64,000 nucleotides of DNA from Chrysemys picta bellii (lineage: Eukaryota): assembly GCF_011386835.1 (NCBI RefSeq), contig NC_088810.1:2604001-2668000 (forward strand), given 5' to 3'. The translations under genes and the position numbers were made by a program. This document shows, one piece after another, positions 1-13,198 of the stretch. Position 1 is the stretch's first letter. Every line of letters starts with the position of its first letter. The notes beneath the pieces were generated by a model. It ran no database searches. It was not told where the DNA came from and saw only the letters and a program-made list of their open reading frames with translations.

Positions 1-903
1 CCATATCCTGCCAGCCACCCTTTCTGAATAGCAGAAAGGAATGGCCTAATGACCCATTGGTAGAGATACATTAGCCAGAATTTCTTTGTGTCTGTGCTGA
101 TTTCAAGGCAGTAACAGACCTTTGAGAGTCACCAATTTGTTATATGTTTAGCATTTCAAAATAAGTAAAAGAAAGCCGTGATTGTTTTCTTTTGCATTGC
201 AACTTGATGTTCCTGTTCAAAATGTTCTGTGTAAATTAATTCTGTTTTGCGTGTGAATGAGGAATGTGTGTGTTAAGAAGAGATAAGTGTGAAGGCCATC
301 GCTGAACCAGATGGTCTAGGGAGGAACCGGAGACAGACGCAAGGGTGCCAGGAGGCTACAACACGCCCCTATTGAAATGTCAGAGGAGGGCAGATTGACA
401 TCTCTAAAGATGAGACAGGCACCTATCAATGGGGATAAGATAGCTGTGATCAAAACCAGCCTGGGGTAACTCCCTGAGGAACTTGATGAAAGAACAAGAT
501 AAAGAATGAGAAGGACAATGTAAGAAAACAAGCACTCATCAAACAACAATTGATTACAGCACGACGGTGCAAAACTCATTGATCCAAATGAAGGAAGATC
601 ACTATATAAACAGGGGGCGTTGCCATGAAACTTTGGGTTTGTCCTGCCAAGACTTCCCGAGAGCATCATGTCATGACTGACAGAACCCGGCTCCTCTAGA
701 TTGATCTGATTTGTGGTTGCCCTCCCTCGCCTTCTGCTGTGCTGCTAGGAGTGCTAGTGACAATGTCGGATTCAGGGCTGTATCTTTGCCTGAGATAGAA
801 TTTAGAATCTTGTTTGCCCGTGTGACTTTTGATATACTTCTATTCTGACTAATATGGGTGGACAAAGGGCTCCTTACCAATATGTGTGCACAAAGGACAA
901 ATT

Positions 904-1023
904 TCAGAATAGCAGCCATGTTAGTCTGTATCAGCAAAAAGAACAGGAGTACTTGTGGCACCTTAGAGACTAACACATTTATTTGAGCATAAGCTTCCGT
1001 GGGCTACAGCTCACGTCTTCGGA
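904..1023 (-). mobile_element. Penelope-like element terminal fragment with degenerate hammerhead core
   Basis: The minus strand reads CCGAAGAC-GTGAGCTGTAGCCCAC-GGAAGCTTATGC...TTAGTCTCTAAGGTGCCACAAGTACTCC. This is the same family as 38744-38970, but both core boxes are mutated. Confidence 0.65.
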
Positions 1024-1355
1024 CAAAGACACTCCGTGTGTTGCTTCTGCCTGGCCAGATGGGTTTGTTAGTATCATGGGAATAGATAAGAACAGTTAAA
1101 GTGTTAGTGGGCCTGGTCGGAGTATAATATACAAGCACACACTTTAAGACTGCCTGAACTCCTATCTCAAGCAAGGTCAAGCAACCAGCTAGGAAGGGTA
1201 ATGGGGTTTTGCGGGGGGAAGGTATAAAACATTTAAAGGGCAAAGAAATGCCTGTCCCTGACCGTAGCACAATCTCACTCCTTACTCTTCCCATGGGATA
1301 CAAAAGAGGTGGGATGAAGACTCACATCCGCCCAAAATGGAGCATGATTATAGAT

Positions 1356-1520
1356 GGGAAGGATAGCTCAGTGGTTTGAGCATTGGCTTGCTAAACCCAG
1401 CGTTGTGAGTTCAATCCTTGAGGGTGGGCTCTGGGGCAAAATCAGTACTTGGTGCTGCTAGTGAACACAGGGGGCTGGACTTGATGACCTTTTAGGGTCC
1501 CTTCCAGTTTTATGAGATAG
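1356..1520 (+). mobile_element. tRNA-derived SINE with CR1-like tail (turtle PolIII/SINE type)
   Basis: A-box TAGCTCAGTGG, B-box GAGTTCAATCC, and 3' tail GGACTTGATGACCTTTTAGGGTCCCTTCCAG. Confidence 0.8.
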
Positions 1521-2744
1521 GTCTATCTCCATATATTATTTTATAAATGGTAAGGGGTGGGTTGAGGGTGTGCATTTCAGGTATAATGATGCCTGCTAAG
1601 GAGGGGAGGGGAGAACGAGACACTGGTGGGAAACAAGGCTGTGCGGTGTCAGAGTGTGACGTTATATGATTATAATACAACATCCCATTGAAATATGGCA
1701 CATAGGCTGAATGGCCCCAGGGTCGACCTTTAAAGGCTTGTTAGGAAGACATGCAAATGATAGCTAGGCTATTCTACTAGGATGGAGTAGAACTCTGAAG
1801 TGCAAATCTGTATTGTTAAAAGTTAGAGGTAATGCTAATTCTATATGTTTACTTATATCTTATAGATGCTAAGGGTATAAACAGACAGTTCCTGTCTCTT
1901 ACCTTAGCTATTGCTGCAGAGATCAAATGGGAAGAATAACATTTAGATGTAACTTGCAATCGTGACATTGTTATATGTCTCTTTAAAATGTGTGGTGAAT
2001 GTATATGAACTCTTTAATGCACAAATTACCTTGTGCTTATCTTCACAGTTAATTGCCAGGATATTTGGAAAACAGAAGGTCCAATCAAAAGAATATTGTT
2101 CGCCCAGGACTGGATGGTCAAGAGGCTGCTAGAGATGTATAAAAAGCCTTGGGACCTGATTCTGTTGATCTCAGATCTGCTTAGGGTTTCATGCAGGGGA
2201 GACCTAAGTCTTAATGCTGAAAATCACCCTGAATATGGACAATATTCAATTGTTTGTTTACAACTTATACTATATATATGCATGAGGTTCAGTCTCACTT
2301 CCAAAATGTATGTTAGTGTTAATAGGCCACACACCCATTTTAGCGTGGTCGCCTGAACACAGCTAGGTCACTTCAGCTGGGAATCACATTGTCTATTTCC
2401 AGTTTAGACATATTCATAGAGAGACCAGTACAATTGCTAGTGTGGACTCGGTTATATGGCTAAAAGGTGACTCATACCAATATGGCTTTTTCTCCTTCTC
2501 CTACAGGACTATTCTGTCCCGGCACCTGCGTACCGATCTAACTACATGCACACTAGAGGAGCTGTACCACTGGTATCTTTAATGCAGTATATCGCTCTAG
2601 TGTAGAAAAGCCCTCGGATCTTGGTCAGGTCTCAAGAAAAGCAGAGTTTAGTTGGTAGCTCACAATAAGCAGAAGAACCGTGTCTGGCAAAAGCCACAGG
2701 GGCCAAAATCTGCTCCCAGCCTGGTGTAAATCAGGAGTAAGTTA

Positions 2745-3012
2745 GGTTAGGGTGGGGGAGGGGCACTGCAGTGAGCGGGCGCTCTAGGCAGGGTCTCTAT
2801 GGTGAGGGTGGGGGAGGAGCACTGCAGTGTGTGGGGTGCTCTAGGTGGGGTTTCTGTGGTTAGGGGAGGGGAGGATCACTGCAGTGGGGGGTGCTCTAGT
2901 CAGGGTCTCTATGGTTAGGGTGGAGGAGGGGCACTGCAGTGGGGGGGGTGCTCTAGTCAGGGTCTCTATGGTTAGGGTGGAGGAGGGGCACTGCAGAGTG
3001 GGGGCGCTCTAG
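2745..3012. repeat. G-rich minisatellite, ~55-58 bp unit, ~5 copies
   Basis: Repeated GGGTCTCTATGGTTAGGGTGGAGGAGGGGCACTGCAGTGGGGGGTGCTCTAG. Confidence 0.8.
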
Positions 3013-3105
3013 GTGTGAAATACTGATTTGCCCCAGGATGGTTATCTCCTGTCTATCAGGAAGACCTATTGAATCCAAACGGGCCACTGTTGGGACATCA
3101 TAGAC

Positions 3106-3499
3106 CAGAGGTTATCAACCAGGGATACATGTACCCCTGGGGGTACGCAGAGGTCTTCCAGGGGGCACAGCAACTCATCTAGACATTTGCCCAGTTTTAC
3201 AACAGGCTACATAAAAAGCACTAGCCTAGTCAGTACAAACTGAAATTTCATACAGACAATGACTTCGTTATACTGCTCTATAGACTATCCACTGAAATGT
3301 AAGTACAAGATTTATATCCCAATTGATTTATTTTATATGGTAAAAATGAGAACGTAAGCAATGTTTCAGTAGCAGTGTGCAGTGACACTTGTGTATGCTT
3401 ATGTCTGATTCTGTAAGCAAGTCGTTTTTAAGTGAGGCGCAACTTGTGGGTATGCAAGACAAATCAGACTCCTGCAAGGGGAAAGGTTGAGAGCCACTG
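3106..3499. mobile_element. hAT-type non-autonomous DNA transposon (MITE)
   Basis: Termini CAGAGGTTATCAACC...GGTTGAGAGCCACTG; 8-bp TSD TCATAGAC/TCATAGAT; same family inverted at 16049-16443. Confidence 0.8.
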
Positions 3500-4126
3500 T
3501 CATAGATCAAAGACCACCATGAGTGGTGTAGAGTCAAAATTGTTGTAGTTAGGTTGATGTAGTGTCAGTGTAGACACTCCATTGCTCACATCGACTGTTA
3601 CCAGCTTTCAGGGACCGTCCCACAATGCCCCACGCTGACAGTACAGTTGTTAGACGTGCTCCTGGCCAGGCCGTGCACCACTGACACGAGGAGCGAAGTA
3701 TGCACAACCGATGTAATTACGGGCGATGGCTGTATGCCGACCTATGGTAGGTCAACTTAATTTTGTAGTGCAGACATGGCCTCACAAAGCTAAGTTTTAA
3801 GTTTAGAACAAGCCTAAGGTTGCAGAGAGCCTGAAACAATCACTTTGAGGTGTGAATTGCCCCGTCCATTCCGGTGGGTATGAACTCAGATGCTCAAGAT
3901 GATTTTGATGGGCCTCAAAGGGGGTGTCTGTAATATATGCCCACTGTCGGTTGCTCTGGCAGTGTCGAGGGGCTTTCCAGGGGCTTGAGTGTAACTGCAA
4001 ATAAAACTCTAACTGGCCACACTGTGAACTATTTCACGGCTCAAACCATGAAAGAAAGGAGAAAAGGGATCGTATTCTGAAGATCGATACCTGCCAAGTG
4101 TGTGATGGATATGGAGAACTAGTCTG

Positions 4127-4129
<3 letters not shown>

Positions 4130-4168
<39 letters not shown>
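4130..4168. repeat. (TG)n microsatellite
   Basis: Seen directly in the sequence. Confidence 0.95.
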
Positions 4169-4171
<3 letters not shown>

Positions 4172-4993
4172 CACTAAGATGTTTAAGCTTGTTGATTTAA
4201 TCACCTTGTGACAATATTGTTTATATTGCTGCCAAGCCAAGAGCCTGAATTACCCTGACCCTCTAAACCTAACTTGAAAGCTGTAATGTTTTTATAAACA
4301 GGAAAGTTCTTGTAAGTCCTTCTGGGAATCTCTCGCTCTATTGAGACCTTCTAACTTGCCCTTGGTGACTGGCCCATTGCACAGCAGTTCCAGGAACCGG
4401 GAATCAAAGGCTATCTACGCTCTATGGGCATATTGTATTGGGCTGTATACGCTCTATGGGCGTATTGTATTGATTTCAAAAATTATTGACTTGGATCTAA
4501 CTGTACAGACATAGCTCAACCTCAGTTATACGGAGGGTGACCAGACAGCAAATGTGAAAAATCGGGACAGGAGTAGGGGGTAATAGGAGCCCATATACGA
4601 AAAAGACCCCAAAATCATGACTGTCCCTATAAAATCGGGACCCTCGTTAGACGTTATATTTTTGGAGGTCGATCTTACTACAATTCGTCGCCTTTGGTTT
4701 TCTCTCGGCTTTCTACCTACTTTACTTTTTTTTTTGTATTTCCGCCTTTCCTCCCTGCCTCCCAGAAATAAATAAATAACAATTAATGAGCTCAGGGCCT
4801 GATTCCCAGTTCAATCCAAGGCCAGTCAGAACTTGGAGACTCTCGCCCTCTGCTGGGAGCCTTAACACACTACGCTCTGGATTCCTTCGTATCATTTCCC
4901 AGATGATCCAAGCTAGCAAAGGTCTTTCAGCCCAGCTCCGGGTGTAGATTAAACTTTGGTTCCCTCTCCCGCACACCTGACGTCACCTCTCAC

Positions 4994-5900
4994 TGTCCCG
5001 GGCTGTCTGGTCATTTAAGGATGGATCTGCAAAGCAGAGACTACAATATTCATTAGCCCCGTCCCTGCCCCCCGGCTAGGTAAGAGGAAGGGCCCTGAAC
5101 CAGGAATCGCTGCTGGGCTCTGCATGAACGGGTTGGCTGCATGGCAGCGAGGAGGTGGGAACAAGCCCCAGGAGCTGTGGACAGGCCAGAGCTGTGAGCT
5201 GTAAGTGCCGGACAGCCCAGCTGGGTGCAAGTCTGTGTGGAGTGTCTGGAGGAGCCGAGGGGCCCCGATGAGAGACGCTAACTGAGCCCAGCTTGGAAAC
5301 CCACCAATGCCTATTTGCCCGGAACAGAGAATGGACTGGAGAGGACAGTTTTCGTAGCCCCCGTCCTACCCTTTACCTCCCTGGGTGAACATCCACCTGT
5401 GATCCTGCTGTGACCTATTCCGGGGGGGGGGGGGGGGGGCGGCTTGTTCTGCGCTAACAGCTGTGATGAACTTGTAACCACAGAAAAACCCCAGTGGGGG
5501 GTTGAAGGACGGATCAGGGCCCAGAGCCCTGCTGGAGCTGGGGGTGAGCTCTGGGAAGCTTATCAGCACAGGTTCTTCTATTGTTTTTAATATGTTTTCT
5601 TTGCCCTGCCTTCACCTTAAGGCTAAATGTGCTGGCTTAGAAACAGCTGGGGGCTAACTCATACCTGCAGGCAGTTACACTGGTTATAGCCTTGGAGGAG
5701 ACAAGCAGTACAAGCCGGCTCAGGCAGTCTGGCTTGTGGGGGAATTCACAGTGTAGGCAGGGAATGGTGCAGCCTGGGAAAACCCCGATCAGGAGGCCCA
5801 GAGGTGCAGGTCTCCACCCAAGAGAGGTGACGGCTGGGGATCCTACAGTAGTTGCCCTTGCTAGACCACAGAGAGGGAACACGGTGAGAGCTGCAGCACA
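4994..5900. mobile_element. Probable solo LTR
   Basis: TG...CA ends and LTR-like composition; no clear TSD found. Confidence 0.4.
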
Positions 5901-6914
5901 CGTTGTTGAAACATGGGGAAAAAAGTGGCTTGTGCTGATTTAGTCCAGGCCGGGCAATTATTCATTTAAGTAAGGGACGTCCCGTATAATATGGAATGGG
6001 GCAACTCAGTAGCTCTAGCTGCTCAAGCACTGCTCGTCTCTGAGTCGTGGTGCCCCTGGCCCAGCACCGGCACCCTAGAGGTGTGGGGTAGTGGGCAGCC
6101 CCACTGATCAGGCTGCCTGTAGTACAAGCCAGGGCTGTGATTGCAGCTGAAGCAGACACACCTCAGCTAGCTCGGGTCGCGGAGCAGCAAAGCCGCGGCA
6201 GCACGTGCTGTGTGAGCCCCCACGGCATCCTGGGTAATTACTGCCCGGGCTGGCCCGCTCCCGTTAAAGCAGCTCGGATACGTCCAGGAGCTGCAGTGCC
6301 CCCGTGACTGAAGTACAGACGTACCCCGAGGGCGGAACCAGAGCGTCCACACAGGAAGCTATTGCCGGGTGGCTATTCTGCAATAGCTGTTCCGGGCTAT
6401 TTCCCCAGACAGAGGCGCCCTCGGCTGACTTTCAGCCCTGATGAAGCACAGAGGACGCCGGGCAGCAGGCAGCATGATTAGCAAACAGCTGAAGCAATGC
6501 TATAGGTGGGCCAGACGTGCGTCTCAAGCCTTTGCGAGGTACCAAACAGTACAGTGCCTGGCAAACTTCTGTAGTGTAGACAAGGCCTAAGATTTTCTGC
6601 TCACCACATGCTTATTTCCGTGCATGCGACCCAGCACTGACCCGTCCACCAGCCCTGAATTAATCCAAGGTCTTCTGTGAGTGACGAGGTTCGGAAACAC
6701 AGACGCTTAATCCCAAAACACGCATGTTTAGTGGAGTATAAAACAAGTCTGACAAGAGGAGAACACACAGGCTATTGAACATACGCATTACAGTAGAGTC
6801 GCGCTAACCTGTGTGAGCAGGTCAAGCAATTACCTTTTAAAGGTATAAACCATCAGCTATCGCCCGGTTTGCAGTGCTATTGCTTGAAATGACTTATTGA
6901 GAAGAGGACTGGCT

Positions 6915-7180
6915 GTCCCTCGTGGGGCAGGGAATGGGACATGAGGCCTTTCCTCTCTAAGTGCTGCAGTTCCCATCCGGCCCCAGGGCAGGGACTGACT
7001 GGCTCAGGGGGGCAGGGAATGGGACACAGGGCCTGTCCCTTCTAGGGGGCACCGGCTCCCATCCGGCCCCAGGGCAGGGACTGGCTGGCTCATGGGGGCG
7101 GGGAATGGGACATGGGGCTGTCTCTTCTAGGGGGCACCGGCTCCCATCCGGCCCCAGGGCAGGGATTGGCTGGCTCAGGA
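6915..7180. repeat. GC-rich tandem repeat, ~85 bp unit, ~3 copies
   Basis: Repeated GGGGCAGGGAATGGGACA...CCCATCCGGCCCCAGGGCAGGGA. Confidence 0.7.
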
Positions 7181-8240
7181 TGCAGAGGGCGATATGATGC
7201 AGACTGAGGGACTCAAACCCATTTCCTAGCCAGGAAACCTACTGCATTAATAGCGATACACACAGTGTTTCTATCAGCGACCGTCTTCTCGAGGGCCCCA
7301 GGCTAGTCTGGCGGGAGGCTTGGGACGGAGGAGAACACGAGGATGCAGAAATTTGCGCACCCCTGGCTCTGCCCCCGCTGTGAAGATGCGTCCCTAGGGC
7401 TGCAGGGAAAGCAGCAGTAGCTCCCGCAGCAGACCGCACAGATGGCAGAGCTGCCAGGCCCAGATTTTCTTTTCCTGTAGGCTAGCGCCGCTGAGCTGAG
7501 ATGCCAGGACCTGTGCAGCCCCCCGGGAGCCCCCATCCCAGGCGGCACGGAGCCTGCTGCTGAGTGGTGAACAAGGAAGCAGAGCTAAAAGGATGAGAGA
7601 GGAAGCGAGGGATGCGGTTTGTTATCCCACTAGCCTTGGAGTCAGGAGACGCAGGGTGTGTTTCTGGCCTGCTTGGGGTCTCGCTCTGTGCCTCCATTTC
7701 CCCTCCCACCTTTTGTCTGTTTGTAAACTCTTAGGGACAGGGACTGTCTCCGGCTGTGTCTGGGCAGCACCTGGCATGTCGGGGCCCTGATCTCAGCTGG
7801 GGTCTCTAGTAAGTGTTGCTGTAATATAACTAGATAACAGGAAAAGAAACAATATAAGAAAGAAAGAACTATGGGCAGGAAAGTAGAACAGGGCCAGCTG
7901 CCTGGGCTGGGAATACACGAAAGGACTCAGACTGTGAGCCAGACTTTCCCACACACCTACATTCAATCATTTCACTATTCATCTGTTGACCCGGATTTAT
8001 GATGCTGGTTCTTCCAATCTAAGCCCGTCTGGTGTGACAACCTCAGCCCAGTTCCCGTGTCAAGTGGAAGCTGGCGGAGTTACGCTCTGGAGGATTACAT
8101 CAGGGGAGCTTCAAAAGGAAGGACCAGAACAGGGACAAGAACAGCAGAATAAGCACATGGTGCTCGTGAAGCGTGTGCCTTGAACATTTGGATGCCGGTC
8201 CTGGAAATCCTTCCTCATTTGAGTCGTCTCGTTAGCTTCG

Positions 8241-9452
8241 TTAGCTTTCCTTGTTGTCATATGGATTTAGCTTCTGTAGGATTCTTTGGGCATCTTCAGT
8301 AGCACGGCTGAGAAAGGTTTTCAGCAGGATATACTTGGTAGCCAATGAAATTCCAAAAGCAACCAAGAGTCCTACCCCTACAACTCCTCCAGACACCATG
8401 AATCCTAGCACCCGTAAAGGCCTCAGAAATAAATCTGCTACTATCAATATGCCACACCCAACCGAGGACAGGAGCTGCAAGACCACGTTAATGCTAATTT
8501 CCTTGGCCAGCAGGGGCTTCATAATGGCCTTCAGCTCTTCCGCTGGTTTGCCAAACTGCCTCGCGAGAGCCATGAAGGAGACATCATCGAGGCCAAAGAC
8601 CTGGCAATAATATCTCATGCATGTCAGCAGGATGGTTACGTCAATAATGGTGGAGACACCGGGTATGTGAATAACCGTGAGAAGAGAGGACGCAAGAGCT
8701 ATTTTCCAGATCTGCTTCTGCAGGGCTTCCTTTTTCTTTTGCAAGATTTGCAGAGAGGAGTTGGGCAGGGCCAGTATCAAAGCCCTTTTCTTGTCGCCCG
8801 GGAGCGCTTTCTCCATGCTCGCTCTCAGGAGGGGAAAATCGTACTTCTCTAATTGAAATGTACAGAGGAGGAAAACCTCAGGATTGATCATCCCTCCCAC
8901 TTCCAGGCATCTGATGCAGTGGTTACGGATGTTGTGCAGTATTTCCTCCTCATCATGGGTGGAGGGCCGGCTATGTCTGTCAGAATCCAAATCTGCCTCC
9001 ACCTTGGAGCGCACAAAGTAACACATCTTCCCTGCCTTCCGGATCTCCTGGGCGAGCTCAACATGCTTAGGTGTGAATCCCTCTGAACACATGATGATGA
9101 CAAAGTCATAGAGGACAAATTTCACCTGCTGGAGATATGCCTCTGGCTGAACATCTTCTGTCCCACTTATCGGCAGTCTCCAGAAAGTCACACTCGGGTG
9201 TTTGGGATGCTGATAAGCTGTTGGCTTCATCATAATTTCTTCCTCCTCAACTGGGGCAGCACCTTCGTCTTCATCACATAGCCCCCGCATGGCGTTAATG
9301 AAGGACGATTTCCCACAGCCTCGCTCTCCCATAATGGCGATATTTAACCTGGTGTATTCCAAAGCCCACTTCTGCATTATAGAAATCATTGTAGGTACTA
9401 ATTGAAATCCAGGAGCAGCCCTTGGTTCTCCCATGTCTTTGGCAGTCTGCCC
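8241..9452 (-). CDS. Terminal coding exon: full-length IRG (IIGP/p47) fold with degenerate GTPase motifs; unit 1
   Basis: 404-codon exon behind acceptor TTTTCAG|GGG (phase 0), internal ATG at 9434. G1 is GERGCGKS, switch I PVEEEEIMM, G3 WRLPISG, G4 SKVEAD. The C-terminal helical region aligns with the + strand IRGs. Confidence 0.92.
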   Translation of the reverse strand, partial: GQTAKDMGEPRAAPGFQLVPTMISIMQKWALEYTRLNIAIMGERGCGKSSFINAMRGLCDEDEGAAPVEEEEIMMKPTAYQHPKHPSVTFWRLPISGTEDVQPEAYLQQVKFVLYDFVIIMCSEGFTPKHVELAQEIRKAGKMCYFVRSKVEADLDSDRHSRPSTHDEEEILHNIRNHCIRCLEVGGMINPEVFLLCTFQLEKYDFPLLRASMEKALPGDKKRALILALPNSSLQILQKKKEALQKQIWKIALASSLLTVIHIPGVSTIIDVTILLTCMRYYCQVFGLDDVSFMALARQFGKPAEELKAIMKPLLAKEISINVVLQLLSSVGCGILIVADLFLRPLRVLGFMVSGGVVGVGLLVAFGISLATKYILLKTFLSRATEDAQRILQKLNPYDNKES

Positions 9453-11262
9453 CTGAAAACACAAAAACCCAGACCAAATATTGATCGTGTATTCTCAAGG
9501 GCAACATTTATAATGTAATCAGCTCACAGAAGAATCACAGAAGGCTCAAAGTGAATTTGCAACAATCTGCAGTTAAATTGAAGAAATTGCTGGTAGGAAG
9601 GAGACTGAGGACATCTTGTCCTTCTTCCCCCACCCCCATAGATGTCAGACCGTCAAAGATCCCTCACCAGGACCCGTGAGAAGTGGTAACACTACCATAA
9701 AGGCATGTGTGCAGCCCCCTTTCTGCAAGGAAGGTGTGAGATGCATTTGCAGAGGATCCTTTCTGAGCGAGCATCCCAGACGCACAACTGGAATCTGAAA
9801 ATCTCTGCCTGTTTTGGGGACCCAGGGCAATTTTGGAGAAGACATTCCAAAGTTACATCTTCACAACTTTCAAATAGCGGGAGCAATTGTCTTCAGAATT
9901 GGCTTGATCTTTAGAGCACCACAAGATCTACCAAACAAGTTAGGTTTGATATTTCTGGCTTCAGTAAGTGGGAGTTAAGTCTGGGCAGAAACTTTCTGAG
10001 TCAAGTGTCTGTGAGCTGGTTACACAGTTTGCAAAATCAGTTTACAGAGCAGTTTGCAAGTGCAGTAGGAAAATTCTGCCCCTCTTTGTGAGCTGTGGCA
10101 CCTGTTGCTGAGAACGTTCAGGGCCAGATCTTCAACTCCTGTTCTGGTTGGAAATCTGCCCTAATAAGGTAGCCAATAGTGGGGAAGTGGGCTGTCTTCT
10201 GGTATGAGGGTCATGTAACGCTGGGCTAACTGGCTCTATGCCCCTCACGTCTGCATAGTGCTCTGGGAAGAGGTATTCTGGAGGTTAGAAGAGGTTGGGG
10301 ACTCATGCTGAACCTCAGCTGCTGGAGCTGTCCCTATGGGACTGCTGCAGATGGCATAATTTAGAGTAACTGTGAGCTTGACTACATATGACAATCAATC
10401 CAGAATAAAGGAGAATGTGAATTTAAAGCAGACTAGCTAGTCTGGATTAACTCCCTACATGAATGCTTTGGAAGTGGATTAAGCTAGCTCCAGATAAAGC
10501 ATTCTTTCTAGGAATAAGAGCATCCACACATGGAGTTAATCAGGAACGGTTAATCAGGAATCATTCCCTGTGTAGTGGCAGGTCTAAACTACAGGGGAAA
10601 GTCGATCTAAGCTACACGATTTGAGTTAGGTTAGTAGCGTAACTCAAATTAATGTGTCTTAGATCTACTTACCACGGGGTCCACTCTCCCGTCGACTCCC
10701 CTTACTCATTTCGTTCTGGTGGAGTACCAGAGTCAACGGGAGAGTGATCGGCAGTTGATTTAACGGGTCTTCACTAGACCCAATAAATCGAAGCCCGGTG
10801 GATCGATTGTCACAGCATCGATCCACCCTGTAGTGTAGACCTGCTCTAGGCAAGCCCTTAATCCACTTTGGACAAAAGAAAAAGGCACTCTCATTCTGGA
10901 ATAGGAATATTCCCTTATGGAGTTATTATGGAATCGTTATTCTGCTTTAAATTCACACATTTACCTTATTCCGGATTAACTTTCATGTGTAAACAAACCT
11001 TAAATAAAGCAAAGGTGAAGTCTCTGCGCCAAGAGGCTTTGAGATGTGACAAAAGAAAGAAAACACGACAGTTTTCAAAACCGCAATCCTGATCTCTTTT
11101 CCCTTTCCACGTTTGCCTGACAAGGGCATCATTTCAAACGGGCAGCAGGGCCTTGAGAAATCCAAAGAGAAAGACCTAGTGACCCAGCCTCCTCCCCTCA
11201 AATCTAATGACCTCAGACACATGTGCAAACAAAGAAGGGAAGCGAAATGTCCGGAGCCGTAC

Positions 11263-11546
11263 CGGGGAGGAATGCGCAGGTGGACTGTGGGTGGGATTGG
11301 CCACTCCTGGCTCCATAGAGGTTGACGAGGATGCCCGGAGCAGATGTTTGTTCTCCTCTTCGTCTTTTTTATGGTCGGACACAGTCTGCTGGGACTCACT
11401 TCGAGGTGACTTTTTGTTCAGCCACAGTTTCCACAAGGAAGGATAATACATTCGAAGGAAAGCGAATGCTAATATCACCAGTAACACTCCCAGACTAATC
11501 CACCACAGACTGCACCATGTTGATGGGCTCTGGAGAAGCTCAGCAT
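11263..11546 (-). CDS. Transmembrane/juxtamembrane exon, unit 1
   Basis: Acceptor TTTTCCAG|AT (phase 1); encodes WCSLWWISLGVLLVILAFAFLR. Candidate donors are CCG|GTACGG (11263, phase 0) and CGAA|GTGAGT (11400, phase 1); unspliced read-through stops at 11176. Confidence 0.75.
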
Positions 11547-11901
11547 CTGGAAAACACAAAATAAACCCAACGGGACGCAGCATGAGAGATGGGATATTCC
11601 CCTGGGGCACGTGGGGAAGGGGTTAGAAATGTCCCACAGACTCCAGCCCGATGGCTCTCAGCATTTCCGTAGCGTGGATCGCAGCTTCCAAGAAAGAGGG
11701 TGTCATGGACACCCTCCCTTCCACAGGCCCCACTCCCCTTCCCATTTGACATCACCAAACCTCACCTCCCACTTCCTGGTTATCGCCTAGACCCCCCGCT
11801 CCCCTGCACAGAGCTCCACTCCCTGCCGCGTGGAGCAGTTTCTAGCAGCCCAGCTGCCCAGACCCTGGGACTTGTGCGGTGCCCTGTGAGAGGAGCCCTA
11901 C

Positions 11902-12252
11902 CCTTCTCCACGGCCACTCTCATCCGCATGGAAAACCTGCCCAGTTGGGGCTTGACGTGGCAGGTGTAGACCCCGTCGTCCGCCAGCTGGACGTTCTTGA
12001 GTCTCAGGGACGCGTTTCCCTCGCAGAATCTCTCCGGATACAGCTGGGTCCGGCCCCGGTAAGCCTCATCCTGTGTTTCCAGTGGGTCCAGCTCAGAGCA
12101 GTAGCTGTGAACCAGGAGATGTGGTCCCTCCTCTTCTTCCTTCTTCCAGGTGATGTTCAGTGGCTGGTGGTTTAACTTGGGTTGGAAGGAGCAATTCAGG
12201 ATGACGTCCTTCCCTGGCTGAACGATGATGGGCCTTTCCGTTTCACTGTCAC
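11902..12252 (-). CDS. IgV exon 2 (B7/butyrophilin-type V-set), unit 1
   Basis: 351 nt, phase 1-1 (CTTTCAG|GT ... AAGG|GTAGGG). Has C...W...YRGRTQL..GNASLRL..DDGVYTC V-set motifs. Confidence 0.92.
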
Positions 12253-13198
12253 CTGAAAGGGAAACAAACATCCAGACAGGAGAGGGGATTAGGGCCCGAG
12301 CCTGGGACGCCAGAGTCCTGACTTAATTCCCTGCTCGACCACAAAACCCCTGGGTGAACTTGGACAAGTCACTACATCGCCCCATACCTCAGTTTCCCCA
12401 TTTGTACAGTGTCAGTAACAGCCCTGTCCTACCAAACGGGCCCTGTGAGGAGAAGTACATTAAACTTTGAGAAACGCCTGGATCCTATGGAAATGGAAGA
12501 GTGATAACTGCCTGCAATCAAATCCTCATTTTCCCCCAAAATTTTTTCACCCGTTTTTTCTGAAATGTAGAAGTTACGTACACAGAACACATCGGTGGGG
12601 GTTGGACTGAACTGGCTCATGGCCCCTTAGACTTTCCCTGGTGCCAGCCTTGTTCAGCTCCAGAATCTAAGAGCTCATTTTAAGAAAATGTCACGCTCCA
12701 GCCTTTATGGTTGTGAAACTTATCCAAAAGAAGAGGTGGCATGATTACCGTGTATAAGGATTTTCACAGGGAGAAAATACCAGGTACTAATGGGCTCCTT
12801 AAGCTAGCAGAGACAAGCAGACCACGAACCAATGGCTGCCGGTATCTGCCGAGAGCCTGAAACAATCTCTTTGAGATGCAGGAGCTGCACTGAGCGTTAC
12901 CCATTTCTCCCCACCACACAAAATCTGCATGGAAAATCATACGGCTACATGGCCTTTTAAGTCGCACTGGGTATGAAAGTGCGGGTCTGCAGGGGAGTTC
13001 TCCTTCCCTTGCCTGGAAGGTAACAGGTAGTACAGAAAGCAGACAAAGTCAAGGCCAGACGAGTGTGGTGTTTTTGGTGGATACACTGTGGCTTTGCAAT
13101 GAGGCACCCATCTGCCCTGCTGGGTGATCACATGGTACACCAGGCCTGGAGTGATTGTCGCGGATGCTATGACCGGGGTACAGGAAGAGGAACCGTAC

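Noticed and set aside
1356-1430. tRNA-like A/B boxes (also 34950-35027)
   Set aside because: They continue into CR1-like tails, so they are SINE heads rather than tRNA genes.
10102-10160. Candidate 59-nt exon in unit 1 (GRFPTRTGVEDLALNVLSN)
   Set aside because: It is open only as phase 0 in and phase 2 out, which does not match the phase 0 IRG acceptor, and its donor GTGCCA is weak.
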